IMG/VR virus record: IMGVR_UViG_3300047576_000027
Span: 32,001-96,000 of that record
Length of the DNA stretch: 64,000 nucleotides
Direction: 5' to 3' (one strand)
Source: a virus
Lineage: Duplodnaviria; Caudoviricetes
In this document: piece by piece, positions 10,539 through 19,354 of the stretch
Layout of the letters: each line of letters starts with the position of its first letter
Position numbering within the stretch: the stretch's first letter is position 1
Notes under the pieces: generated by a model
What the model was told of the DNA's origin: nothing
The model's input: only the letters and a program-made list of their open reading frames with translations
Database searches by the model: none
Made by a program: the position numbers and the translations under genes

Positions 10539-10871
10539 ATGAGATGCGCGCATTTATGCGTATTGCCGTGGAGCGGGAATGGGGGGACTGAACCGTATCG
10601 CGGTTACGAATTCAAAGGGATTGGATGGTGGTCGGTGGATTGTTCTTTTCGCGCTTATGCCTACATGCATAACTCTCCGCTCCACCCGTGCGACATGATG
10701 TATGTCGATTGTGTCGTGGATGACTGGACGGATTATAGACATTATGGTGAAGCAGTCGCGGCGAATACCGTAGCGAGCCTAAAGCGGCTGATCGACAAGG
10801 CCCACGACGATCCCACGAGTTTCAAGCCGACGAAGCTGGCCTCGTCACATATGGTCGAGTATGCGGATTGA
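10539..10871 (+). CDS. Hypothetical protein
   Basis: ORF track; overlaps the start of the next GT gene. Confidence 0.35.
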   Translation: MRCAHLCVLPWSGNGGTEPYRGYEFKGIGWWSVDCSFRAYAYMHNSPLHPCDMMYVDCVVDDWTDYRHYGEAVAANTVASLKRLIDKAHDDPTSFKPTKLASSHMVEYAD

Positions 10872-11586
10872 ACCCTGCTCCGTCATCTGCGCAGGCAAAG
10901 GCCCCTGGCTTCCCGGTCGCGGACGCCTGCGCTTAATCCACAACGAAGACAACCGCATGACGCCGTGTCAGGCTTACCAGAAGGCACTCAATCAGACCAA
11001 GGCGGAGGTGCTGGTGATGATTCATGAGGACGTGACGATCAGAGATCCGCATTGGTTGGCGATGATCCACGATCTGTTCGTGCCGATCTTTGACACTGGT
11101 GACCCCCGAGAGCCTAACCCGATAGTCGCGGCCGGGCTGGGGGGTGGAACGTCGCTGGGACGTCCTGATCTGTACCGGAAACCATTCAATATCTGGAACC
11201 TGGCACGCGGGGGATATGCGAGTAATCAGTCCGATGCCGAGGTTCACGGTGAGCGTTTTACTGGCGTAAAACGAGTTGCAGTGCTGGATGCTTTCGTCAT
11301 GGCGGTGCGGGTTGAGTGGTTGCGGCGGCGGGGCGGCTGGCCAGTAGATAATCTGACCTTTCACTGCCTGGACCTTTGGCTGGCCTGTGAGGTTGCGCGG
11401 GATGATAAGGAGATTTGGATGTACGGAGCGGATTGCACGCACCACGGCGGCGGGGTGAGCGTGACGGATAAATATAAAGATGCCGGGTGGCTACAGGGAG
11501 GAACGCTTTCGGAGGATCATTTGGCTCCGCACCGGTGGTTGGCGAATGTGTACCGCGACGTTTTGCCGATTGAGGTAAAGCGATGA
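10861..11586 (+). CDS. GT-A fold glycosyltransferase (GT2-like)
   Basis: AYQKAL..VLVMIHEDV (DxD-like), VAVLDAFVMAVR, FHCLDLWL, CTHHGGG. Confidence 0.85.
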   Translation: MRIEPCSVICAGKGPWLPGRGRLRLIHNEDNRMTPCQAYQKALNQTKAEVLVMIHEDVTIRDPHWLAMIHDLFVPIFDTGDPREPNPIVAAGLGGGTSLGRPDLYRKPFNIWNLARGGYASNQSDAEVHGERFTGVKRVAVLDAFVMAVRVEWLRRRGGWPVDNLTFHCLDLWLACEVARDDKEIWMYGADCTHHGGGVSVTDKYKDAGWLQGGTLSEDHLAPHRWLANVYRDVLPIEVKR

Positions 11587-12329
11587 CTAATATCGTAATC
11601 GTCAGCCGCGGCCGGATAAATCTGCTTCGCCAAACCATTGAGTCCCTGTCCAAAAACACGGACAAGAATACATTCACGCTAACCATAGTTTCCGACGAGG
11701 GCGCGGATGGCGACTTTCGATGTACCAGATACTTGCAGTCGCTGAACCGCAAGCACGTCTCGATCCTGGAGGTCCAGAATTCCGGTCATGTGCTGGCGCA
11801 ATTGAAAAACCTCGGGGCTTATTATTCTGAGCAGAGATTCGGGCGCGCGGACTGGTTGTATTTGAGTGACTCGGACGTTTACTTTCTTCCCGGATGGATG
11901 GACCAGTTGACCACTTTAGCCGTCCACAGCGAATGGGACGGATTTAAGTTGTGGGGCGGCCAAGTTCATCCATTTCATCATCCTCAGGAGGGCGGATCAT
12001 GGTGTCTGGCTCTACGATGCAGGTATGCCGCCGCGCAACAGCTGCACGATCTCACTATGTATGATTATTCCGTCCTCGACGGCCCCTCGTGGCTGATGCG
12101 ATGGTCAACGTGGGACTCAATTGGCCCGCTATCGCGTACCTGCGCCCTTGGCGCCTGCCAGTCCGAAGACGCCGAATGGTGTTCGCGGCTTGTTGCTTCC
12201 GGCGGCCGCATCGGCGTAATTCAGCCTCATGTAGTGATTCACACCGGCCTAGCTAATTCAAATGGCGATCCCGCCCCCGGCTTTGCCGAACGTCGCGCGC
12301 TGATACCCCCCGGAGTACTTGCAGAATGA
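11583..12329 (+). CDS. Glycosyltransferase family 2
   Basis: IVIVSRGR..LRQTIESL, IVSDEG, KNLG, LYLSDSDVYFLPGW, SEDAEWC, VIHTG. Confidence 0.85.
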   Translation: MTNIVIVSRGRINLLRQTIESLSKNTDKNTFTLTIVSDEGADGDFRCTRYLQSLNRKHVSILEVQNSGHVLAQLKNLGAYYSEQRFGRADWLYLSDSDVYFLPGWMDQLTTLAVHSEWDGFKLWGGQVHPFHHPQEGGSWCLALRCRYAAAQQLHDLTMYDYSVLDGPSWLMRWSTWDSIGPLSRTCALGACQSEDAEWCSRLVASGGRIGVIQPHVVIHTGLANSNGDPAPGFAERRALIPPGVLAE

Positions 12330-12880
12330 CCTTTGGCTCCGTAATGCAGTTCACCCGAAAAATATCCAGTCCGACCGCATTTGAAGACGAGGAATGCATG
12401 GCATACTACCATCTGCTGTGTTCGCTGGCGAGCGGGTCATCGATTCTGGAAATCGGACTTCAGTTCGGGCGATCATCGTCCATCGCATTGCAGGTTGCGG
12501 CGCATAACGACCTGGAGTACTACGGGGTGGACCCGTTTACCGATCCGCCGGAAGCGAAAGATGCGTGGGTCGCAATGGCTGGGTCTGTCAGCGACTGGCG
12601 ATCCGTGTCGTATACGAAATCTGCCGATGTGAATCCTAACTGGTGGCCCCAGTCCATCGGTCTCGCCCTGATCGACGGTGATCATTCCGCAACTGGCGTG
12701 CGAACAGACTGCAATCTCGTTATGCCGCGCATCACACCTCGCGGGTACATATGCTTCCACGACTACGGCCGGGATTCGCTACCGGATGTTTTCGCAACCG
12801 TGAATGAGATGATGATCGGGACGCCGTTCTGGCACGTCGCTACGGTCGGAACTTTGGGGATTTGGCAGAGGAATGCTTAG
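12326..12880 (+). CDS. Class I SAM-dependent methyltransferase (Methyltransf_24-like)
   Basis: ILEIGLQFGRSS, YGVDPF, LALIDGDHS, GYICFHDY. Confidence 0.88.
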   Translation: MTFGSVMQFTRKISSPTAFEDEECMAYYHLLCSLASGSSILEIGLQFGRSSSIALQVAAHNDLEYYGVDPFTDPPEAKDAWVAMAGSVSDWRSVSYTKSADVNPNWWPQSIGLALIDGDHSATGVRTDCNLVMPRITPRGYICFHDYGRDSLPDVFATVNEMMIGTPFWHVATVGTLGIWQRNA

Positions 12881-13499
12881 ACTGAATTGCGGATCCGGGC
12901 AAAGACGCTTCGGGTTTCCGCGTCTTCGCGTAACGGAAGAACACCCGTGCGAACTTTGCAGAGAAACAAAAGCGTGGCATCGCGAGCCGGTGAGTCGGCC
13001 AGCTTTCCCCCATCGCTACGTCCCCGGTGGCCCCAATGCCTGGGTGAACGTTGACATCAACCCGCGATGGAAGCCGGATATCGTGGCAGACTGCGCGTCC
13101 ATGCCGATGTTCGCGGACGGAAGTGCGGAATTGATTGTGGCGCATCATCAGGCAGAGCATATGCCCCTGGACGGGTCAAAGACATTTTTTACTGAATGCC
13201 ACCGGATACTCGCACCGGATGCGTCACTCCTGATTTTCGTTCCCGATCTAACGGCACTCGTAAAGGCATGGTCTGAGAGCCGCATCAGCGACTACATTTT
13301 CTGCGTTAATCTTCACGGTGCATTTATGGGTGCTGATGCTGACATTCATAAATGGTCATTCACCGCCAGGACGCTCAAAGAACATCTGTTGAAGTCTGCC
13401 CCGTGGTCAGAGGTTAAGCCTTTCGACTGGCGGAAGATTCCGGGGGCAGACATCGCGGGTCCGGATTTTTGGATTCTGGCTATCGAAGCGGTGAAGTGA
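12873..13499 (+). CDS. Class I SAM-dependent methyltransferase (Methyltransf_11-like) with Cys/His insertion
   Basis: LRLNCGSG..WVNVDI..PDIVAD..AHHQAEH..ECHRILAP..IFVPD..HKWSF. Confidence 0.85.
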   Translation: MLRLNCGSGQRRFGFPRLRVTEEHPCELCRETKAWHREPVSRPAFPHRYVPGGPNAWVNVDINPRWKPDIVADCASMPMFADGSAELIVAHHQAEHMPLDGSKTFFTECHRILAPDASLLIFVPDLTALVKAWSESRISDYIFCVNLHGAFMGADADIHKWSFTARTLKEHLLKSAPWSEVKPFDWRKIPGADIAGPDFWILAIEAVK

Positions 13500-13567
13500 T
13501 CACAGCCGGAAACGGTGTGGCTCAAGGATGTGGATTCGCAAGCGGTTGATTGCCGACCTGGGGAGTA

Positions 13568-13804
13568 TCACTCGCACTGAATGGTGTTCTGGTTGAACTT
13601 CTTCTTTTCACACGCCTTCGCACCATCTTCGTAGGCTTTGTTCAATTCAGCCGCCGCGGAGTCATACTGGGCTTTGGCGATAAAGTAGTTGCGCTGCGCA
13701 ATGGCGATGGACGTTCGTATCTTATCCGGAATCACCGGCAACGCTTCTTTGGTTTCCTGAGCGAACAAAAGAGAACCGAGGAAAAGAAGGCAGAGTATGC
13801 GCAT
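13568..13804 (-). CDS. Small secreted helical protein
   Basis: Signal peptide MRILCLLFLGSLLFA-Q; helical body; C-terminal Cys pair. Confidence 0.65.
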   Translation of the reverse strand: MRILCLLFLGSLLFAQETKEALPVIPDKIRTSIAIAQRNYFIAKAQYDSAAAELNKAYEDGAKACEKKKFNQNTIQCE

Positions 13805-14199
13805 TATTTCATTACCAGCCCAGCGGCTTTCCGCGTCGACGTCGCTACGAGATCCTCAACCGTGAAAGATGTATTCGTGACCGGGCCACCGAGGTTAACC
13901 AGCACGCCCGTGTAGCCTTCCGGGTTATCCAGCCTGCCCGTCACTCCGGAAATGGTTCTGACGGTTCCGTCCGCAAGCGTGCCGGTTACAGAATACGCAT
14001 ATCCAAGGACGGCCGAATTCTGCGTTCCGATCAGGAGAATATATTGCTCATTGCCGGGGACGAAGCCGTTGCAAAGTCCTTGGGGGGGCACTGCTGACTC
14101 ACACAGTTGCCACGGACCAGCGGCTATAAGGACCATATCGGAATTTTGGGAGATCGCGGGACTTGCAGCGATAAAAAGAAGGGAGACAATGGTTTTCAT
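13804..14199 (-). CDS. Small secreted beta protein
   Basis: Signal peptide MKTIVSLLFIAASPAIS-Q; Cys pair; TAGGTT -10 hexamer 7 nt upstream of the ATG. Confidence 0.65.
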   Translation of the reverse strand: MKTIVSLLFIAASPAISQNSDMVLIAAGPWQLCESAVPPQGLCNGFVPGNEQYILLIGTQNSAVLGYAYSVTGTLADGTVRTISGVTGRLDNPEGYTGVLVNLGGPVTNTSFTVEDLVATSTRKAAGLVMK

Positions 14200-14252
14200 G
14201 AATTAAAACCTATTCTTTTTCGCGATGCATGTCAAGGGTAATCTGAGTCTTT

Positions 14253-16496
14253 TTACGGGCAAATATTAACCACGCTGGAGTTGTTTATCAGGGAACCGGT
14301 GGGTAACCCCGAGCAAGACGTGGGGAGCGATCCCATCTGAACTTTCCCGACTGTATGCAATGCGTTCCCCGTACTTGTGTTCTGCCCGTATACCGCATCG
14401 CCCGTACTGGAAGAGAGTCCGCTCAGGCCGTTGCCAGTACCAGTCTGGACCACAGCAAACCCCGATCCTGCCGTTGCGAGCGTAACCGCGATGCCTGCAT
14501 TGGCCGAGAGCGCAATACCAGATCCGGATTGCTGGATGTTGATTCCCTCCGTGGAATTATTGACCGTCACGGTTTCAAGTCCCGTTATTTGAGTTGCGCC
14601 CGTTATGTTGGTGGCCCCCGCAACAAGACTGCCATTTATCGTTACGCCAGACTGGAACGTCGCCCCGCCAGCGCTGTTAAGGTTGGCCGTACCGCTGGGA
14701 CCAAACGTGAGCGGGCCGCCGACCAGATTTGCAGATTCGGTATACAGGTTATTGAAATAGTGGGATGCGTCCCCCAAGGTTGTGTTGGCCGTCACTGGAG
14801 TGATCTCGCTGGCACCGCTGCCGGTCAGGGTAATATTCGGCCCAAACGTCGGACTATCCAACGGCCCGACATTTTGCAGATGGGTTCCGGAAAGCGTTCC
14901 TGATACAGATAATGCCGCCAGCGATGTGGCCCCAGGGGTAACGGTGAGACTCGTGAACGTTGGCGTGTTGCCGCCAGTGACAACACACGCCCATGCGGTC
15001 CCGTTAAATACGCGCAGGCACGACAGCGAATCATCCCAGTACAACATGCCCTGCACCAGTCCCTCGCCCCAACTCAGAGGGTTTGTGACGTAGGCAATCG
15101 TAGATGTGATATTCCCGCAACACCAGCCGACGAACGCCCCGCTGATGTGGTTGCTGACAGGGGCGACCGTCAATGGAACGGTGAGACTGCCGATGGTGTA
15201 AGATCCGGCTACGGTAACACTTTCCGGAGAACTGTCCTCAAACGTTATCTGTACGCCGGGGGCAAGGCCGCCAGCGTTATTAACCAGCATGGACGTACTC
15301 ACGCCCCCGGTGAGCGCGCCGGTAATTTTCGCACTTGCGGGAGGTCCCGCTGAATGCCCGACGTCTACGTGACCACCGAGGTAAGCATCGGCACCAATAG
15401 TTCCCGTCGTCGTTATGGTGCCAGCCGGATAAAGAACACCGCCGACGTAACTGTTCGATGTGATCCCGCCATAGTTGGTGATGGCATCGTAGTATTTGCT
15501 GTCGGTCGCGTACCCCCCGCGAAAGAAGGCATAGCCGTTTGAATTGAATCCGTAAATGGACTCTACAGGGAGAGGCTTCGTGCATCCGGATTGCCCCTCA
15601 TCCTGCCAGGTAAGTCCGCCATCGCTCGTTGTTCCGCCAGAATCGTTAAACGTCGGGATGGCAGCCCCGGAGAGTCCTGTTCCGGTCGCCTGCTGTATGT
15701 GGCCGGCCGGGTCAACAATTTGAAACTGGATCGGATAAATAGTCGATGCGGCCCAGTTCGGAGACATCACGGGAGACGTACCGGACCATAGCACGGTGTC
15801 AGTCGGGCCAAAAGTCCCGATTGGCTGAGTCACAATGTTGTGCCCGAGCGTGTCATAACAAATATCAGCGGGCAGAGCCGGATTCGGATTATACAGCGTG
15901 GGTGGAATCACCAGCACGTCTTCAAACGACGGAGTTGTCGGATCGAACGCGGTCAGTGCTCCCCATGTAATCGGACTCGGTATGCCGCCTCCACTGGCTT
16001 TCACGTCGTACGGCCCGTTATCGGGATAGAAATACCAATAGCCTGTGGGACTGGCCGTGAATGGGTTCGTCAGGATGGTTCCGTTATTATCAGAAAAGAT
16101 CGCCGCTGGGGCGTTCACTGGCATGGAGTAGGAAACGTCCGTCTGGACGCCCGCGCTGGCGGTGATATTGAGCGTCGTGGGCGACGTGACGGAAGATATA
16201 GTGTAGGGTGTTCCGGAGATTGTGATCTGAAGATTGGACCATTCTCCGCTGGTGTTGAATGTGCCGCTGCTGGTTAAGGTAACGGTCGTGCCAGATGTCG
16301 AGACCGTGCCGGTTAAGCCGCCAGCGTAAAACACCGAGAGACTGCAAGAGGGGTAGCTCTGCTGCACCTTTGTCACCGACTGCACTCCGGACGTCACCAC
16401 CACCTGGCCACCCTGTGTACAGTAGCCTGAAACGCGGGCACGGGCGAAAAGAGACGGGGCGAGAATCAAAAACAGCAAGGCTACGCGCTTCAGCAT
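14253..16496 (-). CDS. Tail-fibre-like protein with signal peptide and head-binding-type N-domain
   Basis: MLKRVALLFLILAPSLFA-R; AIFSDNNGTILTNPFTASPTGYWYFYPDNGPYDV resembles tailspike virion-binding domains; CBM-like NWAASTIY..GLTW; fibre-type GMLYWDDSLSCLRVFNGTAW; C-terminal LPTSCSGLPTGSLINNSSVVNICP. Confidence 0.8.
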   Translation of the reverse strand: MLKRVALLFLILAPSLFARARVSGYCTQGGQVVVTSGVQSVTKVQQSYPSCSLSVFYAGGLTGTVSTSGTTVTLTSSGTFNTSGEWSNLQITISGTPYTISSVTSPTTLNITASAGVQTDVSYSMPVNAPAAIFSDNNGTILTNPFTASPTGYWYFYPDNGPYDVKASGGGIPSPITWGALTAFDPTTPSFEDVLVIPPTLYNPNPALPADICYDTLGHNIVTQPIGTFGPTDTVLWSGTSPVMSPNWAASTIYPIQFQIVDPAGHIQQATGTGLSGAAIPTFNDSGGTTSDGGLTWQDEGQSGCTKPLPVESIYGFNSNGYAFFRGGYATDSKYYDAITNYGGITSNSYVGGVLYPAGTITTTGTIGADAYLGGHVDVGHSAGPPASAKITGALTGGVSTSMLVNNAGGLAPGVQITFEDSSPESVTVAGSYTIGSLTVPLTVAPVSNHISGAFVGWCCGNITSTIAYVTNPLSWGEGLVQGMLYWDDSLSCLRVFNGTAWACVVTGGNTPTFTSLTVTPGATSLAALSVSGTLSGTHLQNVGPLDSPTFGPNITLTGSGASEITPVTANTTLGDASHYFNNLYTESANLVGGPLTFGPSGTANLNSAGGATFQSGVTINGSLVAGATNITGATQITGLETVTVNNSTEGINIQQSGSGIALSANAGIAVTLATAGSGFAVVQTGTGNGLSGLSSSTGDAVYGQNTSTGNALHTVGKVQMGSLPTSCSGLPTGSLINNSSVVNICP

Positions 16497-16538
16497 ACTT
16501 GCATTTTATGATACGCGCGGGTATGCTCAGAAAAGCAC

Positions 16539-16688
16539 ATGGATTCTAAACTTGTAAAACCACTAAAGAGACCCCCGCGAAAGATCATCGATCTGATCGC
16601 CATGAAGGTTTCCGAATGGGCCGGGACGGCTGATGGCGATGTAACGGATACCGAGTTTCGGGATGACGGGGTGACTCCTGATGCCTGA
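16539..16688 (+). CDS. Small hypothetical protein
   Basis: Read by hand: MDSKLVKPLKRPPRKIIDLIAMKV...; preceded by TTGCAT-17-TATGCT (16499-16527). Confidence 0.4.
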   Translation: MDSKLVKPLKRPPRKIIDLIAMKVSEWAGTADGDVTDTEFRDDGVTPDA

Positions 16689-17394
16689 ATCCGTGCCGGT
16701 CGTAATCGTCACTCGGAACAACCTGCATCTCACAAAACGCACGCTGAAATCCGTGCTGGAGCAGGACGTCCCGGTGGAAGTCCTCGTCGTAGAGAATGAC
16801 TCCAGCGACGGAACTGCGCAGTACCTGGCGACCAAGCATATTACCGTCATCCACACCCAGGAGCAGTGGGCGTTGGCGAAGTGCTGGAATGTGGCGTTGC
16901 AGTGTTTGTGGAAGGCGGGGTGGAAACGGGCACTGGTTCTAAACAACGACTGCGAAGTCGCCCCCTGTACCGCAAGAGTTCTCTCGGCAATGAACTGGCC
17001 GTTTGTAACCTGCGTCAGCGTTAATTCGGAGGAGCAATTCAACCGCGAACCGGAAATTGATTTAGACAGACTTAGGGCTACTGCGCGACCCCATCCGGAT
17101 TACAGTTGCTGGATGATCCGCAAAGAGGTCACAGACAAAAACATCTGGTTTAACGAGGAATGCTTTCCCGGATATTGTGAGGATTCATACCATCATAAAT
17201 CTCTTCACGATACTGGAATAACGGCCCGATGCATTGATTTGGCGTTCCTGCACCACGGAGCATCCACACTCAAACACGCCACCCCCCGCGAAGCCCGTAT
17301 CATCCGCGAGGGTGCCGACCGGAACCGGCAGAGGTTTAAGGCAAAATACGGATGCTTGCCCGGTACGCCTGCCTATGAGGCGCTATTCGCGTGA
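16681..17394 (+). CDS. Glycosyltransferase family 2
   Basis: VVIVTRN, VLVVENDSSDGT, LAKCWN, LVLNNDC, GYCEDSY, FLHHGAST. Confidence 0.9.
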   Translation: MPESVPVVIVTRNNLHLTKRTLKSVLEQDVPVEVLVVENDSSDGTAQYLATKHITVIHTQEQWALAKCWNVALQCLWKAGWKRALVLNNDCEVAPCTARVLSAMNWPFVTCVSVNSEEQFNREPEIDLDRLRATARPHPDYSCWMIRKEVTDKNIWFNEECFPGYCEDSYHHKSLHDTGITARCIDLAFLHHGASTLKHATPREARIIREGADRNRQRFKAKYGCLPGTPAYEALFA

Positions 17395-17673
17395 TAAGCC
17401 TGATTCTGAACGTCCTTGCCATCTCACCCGAACTGCTGTGGCGAGACTACAGATTTATCGGCTGCTTCCGTGATGCCTTCTGGTTTCACGCTTTCAGGAA
17501 CGCATCGGCGGATCTGCGGCTATACGAGACTTTGAATATTAGTGGGATTGACAAGAGGGGAGAAATATACGCTGACACCATTTGTTCGCTTTCCGGCTCC
17601 GAGTTTCACCGTTCTTCCACCGCTCAAGCATCGGGTGTATCCTTCGGTTGTCGTTCCGAGGGAGAAAAGGCCG

Positions 17674-18330
17674 ATGACGGCAGCTATCGGATTCAAATAC
17701 CGGGATGGTATCGTGCTATGCGCTGACACGCTGTTGAGTGGCTCCATCGTCAGTCGGCACGCCAGTAAGATCGGCGGGTTCCGTTTCTCAGACGGCGTAG
17801 TTGTGTTTGCCATCGCGGGGCATACCGATATGGCGGAAGCCGCCATTCAGCAATGTGAGGAGCCATTGTGCGATTACAGGGGAACTCCACGAAAAAGAGC
17901 GAAGATAGCACAACACATACGAGAGACCCTGAAGCATGAATATGAGGATTTCATTATTAAAAACAATTACGAGGGCACCGCGAGGGACTACGCGATAATT
18001 GCGGCGATCTACTCTGAAGTTGACGGCATCGGGCTATACGCTACACACGGCCCCCAGATGAAGCGTTCCAGGGGATGTGAATTTATCGGGTCAGGAGAAA
18101 CCCATGCAATGCTCGCTATGGAGCGATTCGGCGGATACGATGGGGCAAAGAACTCAAACCTCGCACGAGCTTCATTGATAGCCACATATGCGTTGGGAAG
18201 CGCGAAGCGATATCAGCAGGATGCCGTAGGCGGAAAATCCGTCATAATTCATCTTGAATCCTCGGGGATGGTAAGTACTGCCCACGGATGCAACGATTCA
18301 TTGATCGAGAAGTACGCATGTGCGCGGTAA
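17674..18330 (+). CDS. Proteasome-beta/HslV-like Ntn-hydrolase (threonine peptidase)
   Basis: GGAG SD then M-T-AAIGFKYRDGIVLCADT (N-terminal Thr), SKI, FAIAG, FIGSG, VGG: typical proteasome-subunit fold motifs. Confidence 0.75.
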   Translation: MTAAIGFKYRDGIVLCADTLLSGSIVSRHASKIGGFRFSDGVVVFAIAGHTDMAEAAIQQCEEPLCDYRGTPRKRAKIAQHIRETLKHEYEDFIIKNNYEGTARDYAIIAAIYSEVDGIGLYATHGPQMKRSRGCEFIGSGETHAMLAMERFGGYDGAKNSNLARASLIATYALGSAKRYQQDAVGGKSVIIHLESSGMVSTAHGCNDSLIEKYACAR

Positions 18331-18581
18331 CCAGGGAACTGCTAGTGCCGGTCGGGGAGCTTCGCTATATCCGCGTGGGATGCCAGCACTGCAATACAAA
18401 GGTGACAGTGGATCTTCACGAGGTCAGCAGTTTTGCTGTAGGCGTAACTGAGAGATGTCCTGGCTGTAAAAAGAATTATGATTTAAGTATTCCATCGGCA
18501 ATTGGAATGTTTCGGGACGCCTGCAAGACTTCAGCCGGGGTTCTCCAGTTGATGGATTTCATGGTTTCACCACCAGAGTAA
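18318..18581 (+). CDS. Zn-ribbon protein
   Basis: CQHC..CPGC. Confidence 0.5.
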   Translation: MCAVTRELLVPVGELRYIRVGCQHCNTKVTVDLHEVSSFAVGVTERCPGCKKNYDLSIPSAIGMFRDACKTSAGVLQLMDFMVSPPE

Positions 18582-18620
18582 ATACTTATTTTGCCGCCAG
18601 CCACTCGTTGATAAACTTTG

Positions 18621-18902
18621 CTACTGACCCACTACCCGAGACTCTAACTCTCCCCTCACCGGCAACCTCCGCCGCGAATCCAGAAAATCGTACAACTGCT
18701 TGATCTGGCCGGCGTTTAACTGGCTGAACGAGCCGACTCCAAATACAGACTTCGCTGCCATACTCAACTGCGAATGCCCCGACTTTCCGGCTGGTGATCC
18801 TGGTAGCGCAAGTTCTTGAGCGCGGGCATGGATCATGCGGTTAAGTTCAAATTTGTCGGCTGGCTTGAGGGGGGGCATGGGACTACCTGTCCAGTCTATC
18901 AA
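18621..18902 (-). CDS. Small hypothetical protein (weakly ORF6C-like)
   Basis: AAKSVFGVGSFSQLNAGQIKQLYDFL. Confidence 0.4.
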   Translation of the reverse strand: MIDWTGSPMPPLKPADKFELNRMIHARAQELALPGSPAGKSGHSQLSMAAKSVFGVGSFSQLNAGQIKQLYDFLDSRRRLPVRGELESRVVGQ

Positions 18903-19170
18903 TTATCGCCTGGACTTCGGCAGCTTTCAGTTGGGAAAACCATTCCGGCATGGGAATTTCCTGCGCCCCGATCCCCGGTAACCATCTCTCTCCTTCCTTG
19001 ATGAATACCACGCAGGGGCATGACGGCTCCCCGCATTCGTGATAATCAAATTGGTGCATTCCGAACGCATGCCCACATGCATCACAAAACTCTAAAAACG
19101 TTTCCGCACATATGGGGGTACTTAAGGGTGGAAGAGATTCATCGTAGGCGGTGTTTAGGTACTGCGTCAC
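18883..19170 (-). CDS. Cys/His-rich hypothetical protein
   Basis: CDACGHAFGMH..C..CPC. Confidence 0.5.
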   Translation of the reverse strand: MTQYLNTAYDESLPPLSTPICAETFLEFCDACGHAFGMHQFDYHECGEPSCPCVVFIKEGERWLPGIGAQEIPMPEWFSQLKAAEVQAIIDRLDR

Positions 19171-19340
19171 GGTATGCTCCGTATCGGTTGATCTTTAATC
19201 AGGTCGCAAGCGGACTTGTCTCCAGTACGGCAGGCTAAAATGACAGCGCACTTCGCAATACTACAGATCGCCATAACAAATGCAAATAAAGCCATTGCAA
19301 CGATGATTGGTGCGTTGTATTTCAGTTCCTTTTTTGTCAT
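19167..19340 (-). CDS. Small membrane protein
   Basis: Read by hand: MTKKELKYNAPIIVAMALFAFVMAICSIAKCAVILAC...; GTGA overlap with the next gene. Confidence 0.45.
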   Translation of the reverse strand: MTKKELKYNAPIIVAMALFAFVMAICSIAKCAVILACRTGDKSACDLIKDQPIRSIP

Positions 19341-19354
19341 TCAATCTTCTCGTA

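Noticed and set aside
7412-19354. Invertible segment flipping the glycosyltransferase clusters via the serine recombinase
   Set aside because: No inverted repeats seen at the strand-switch points; the shared motifs at 7447 and 16547 are in direct orientation and short.
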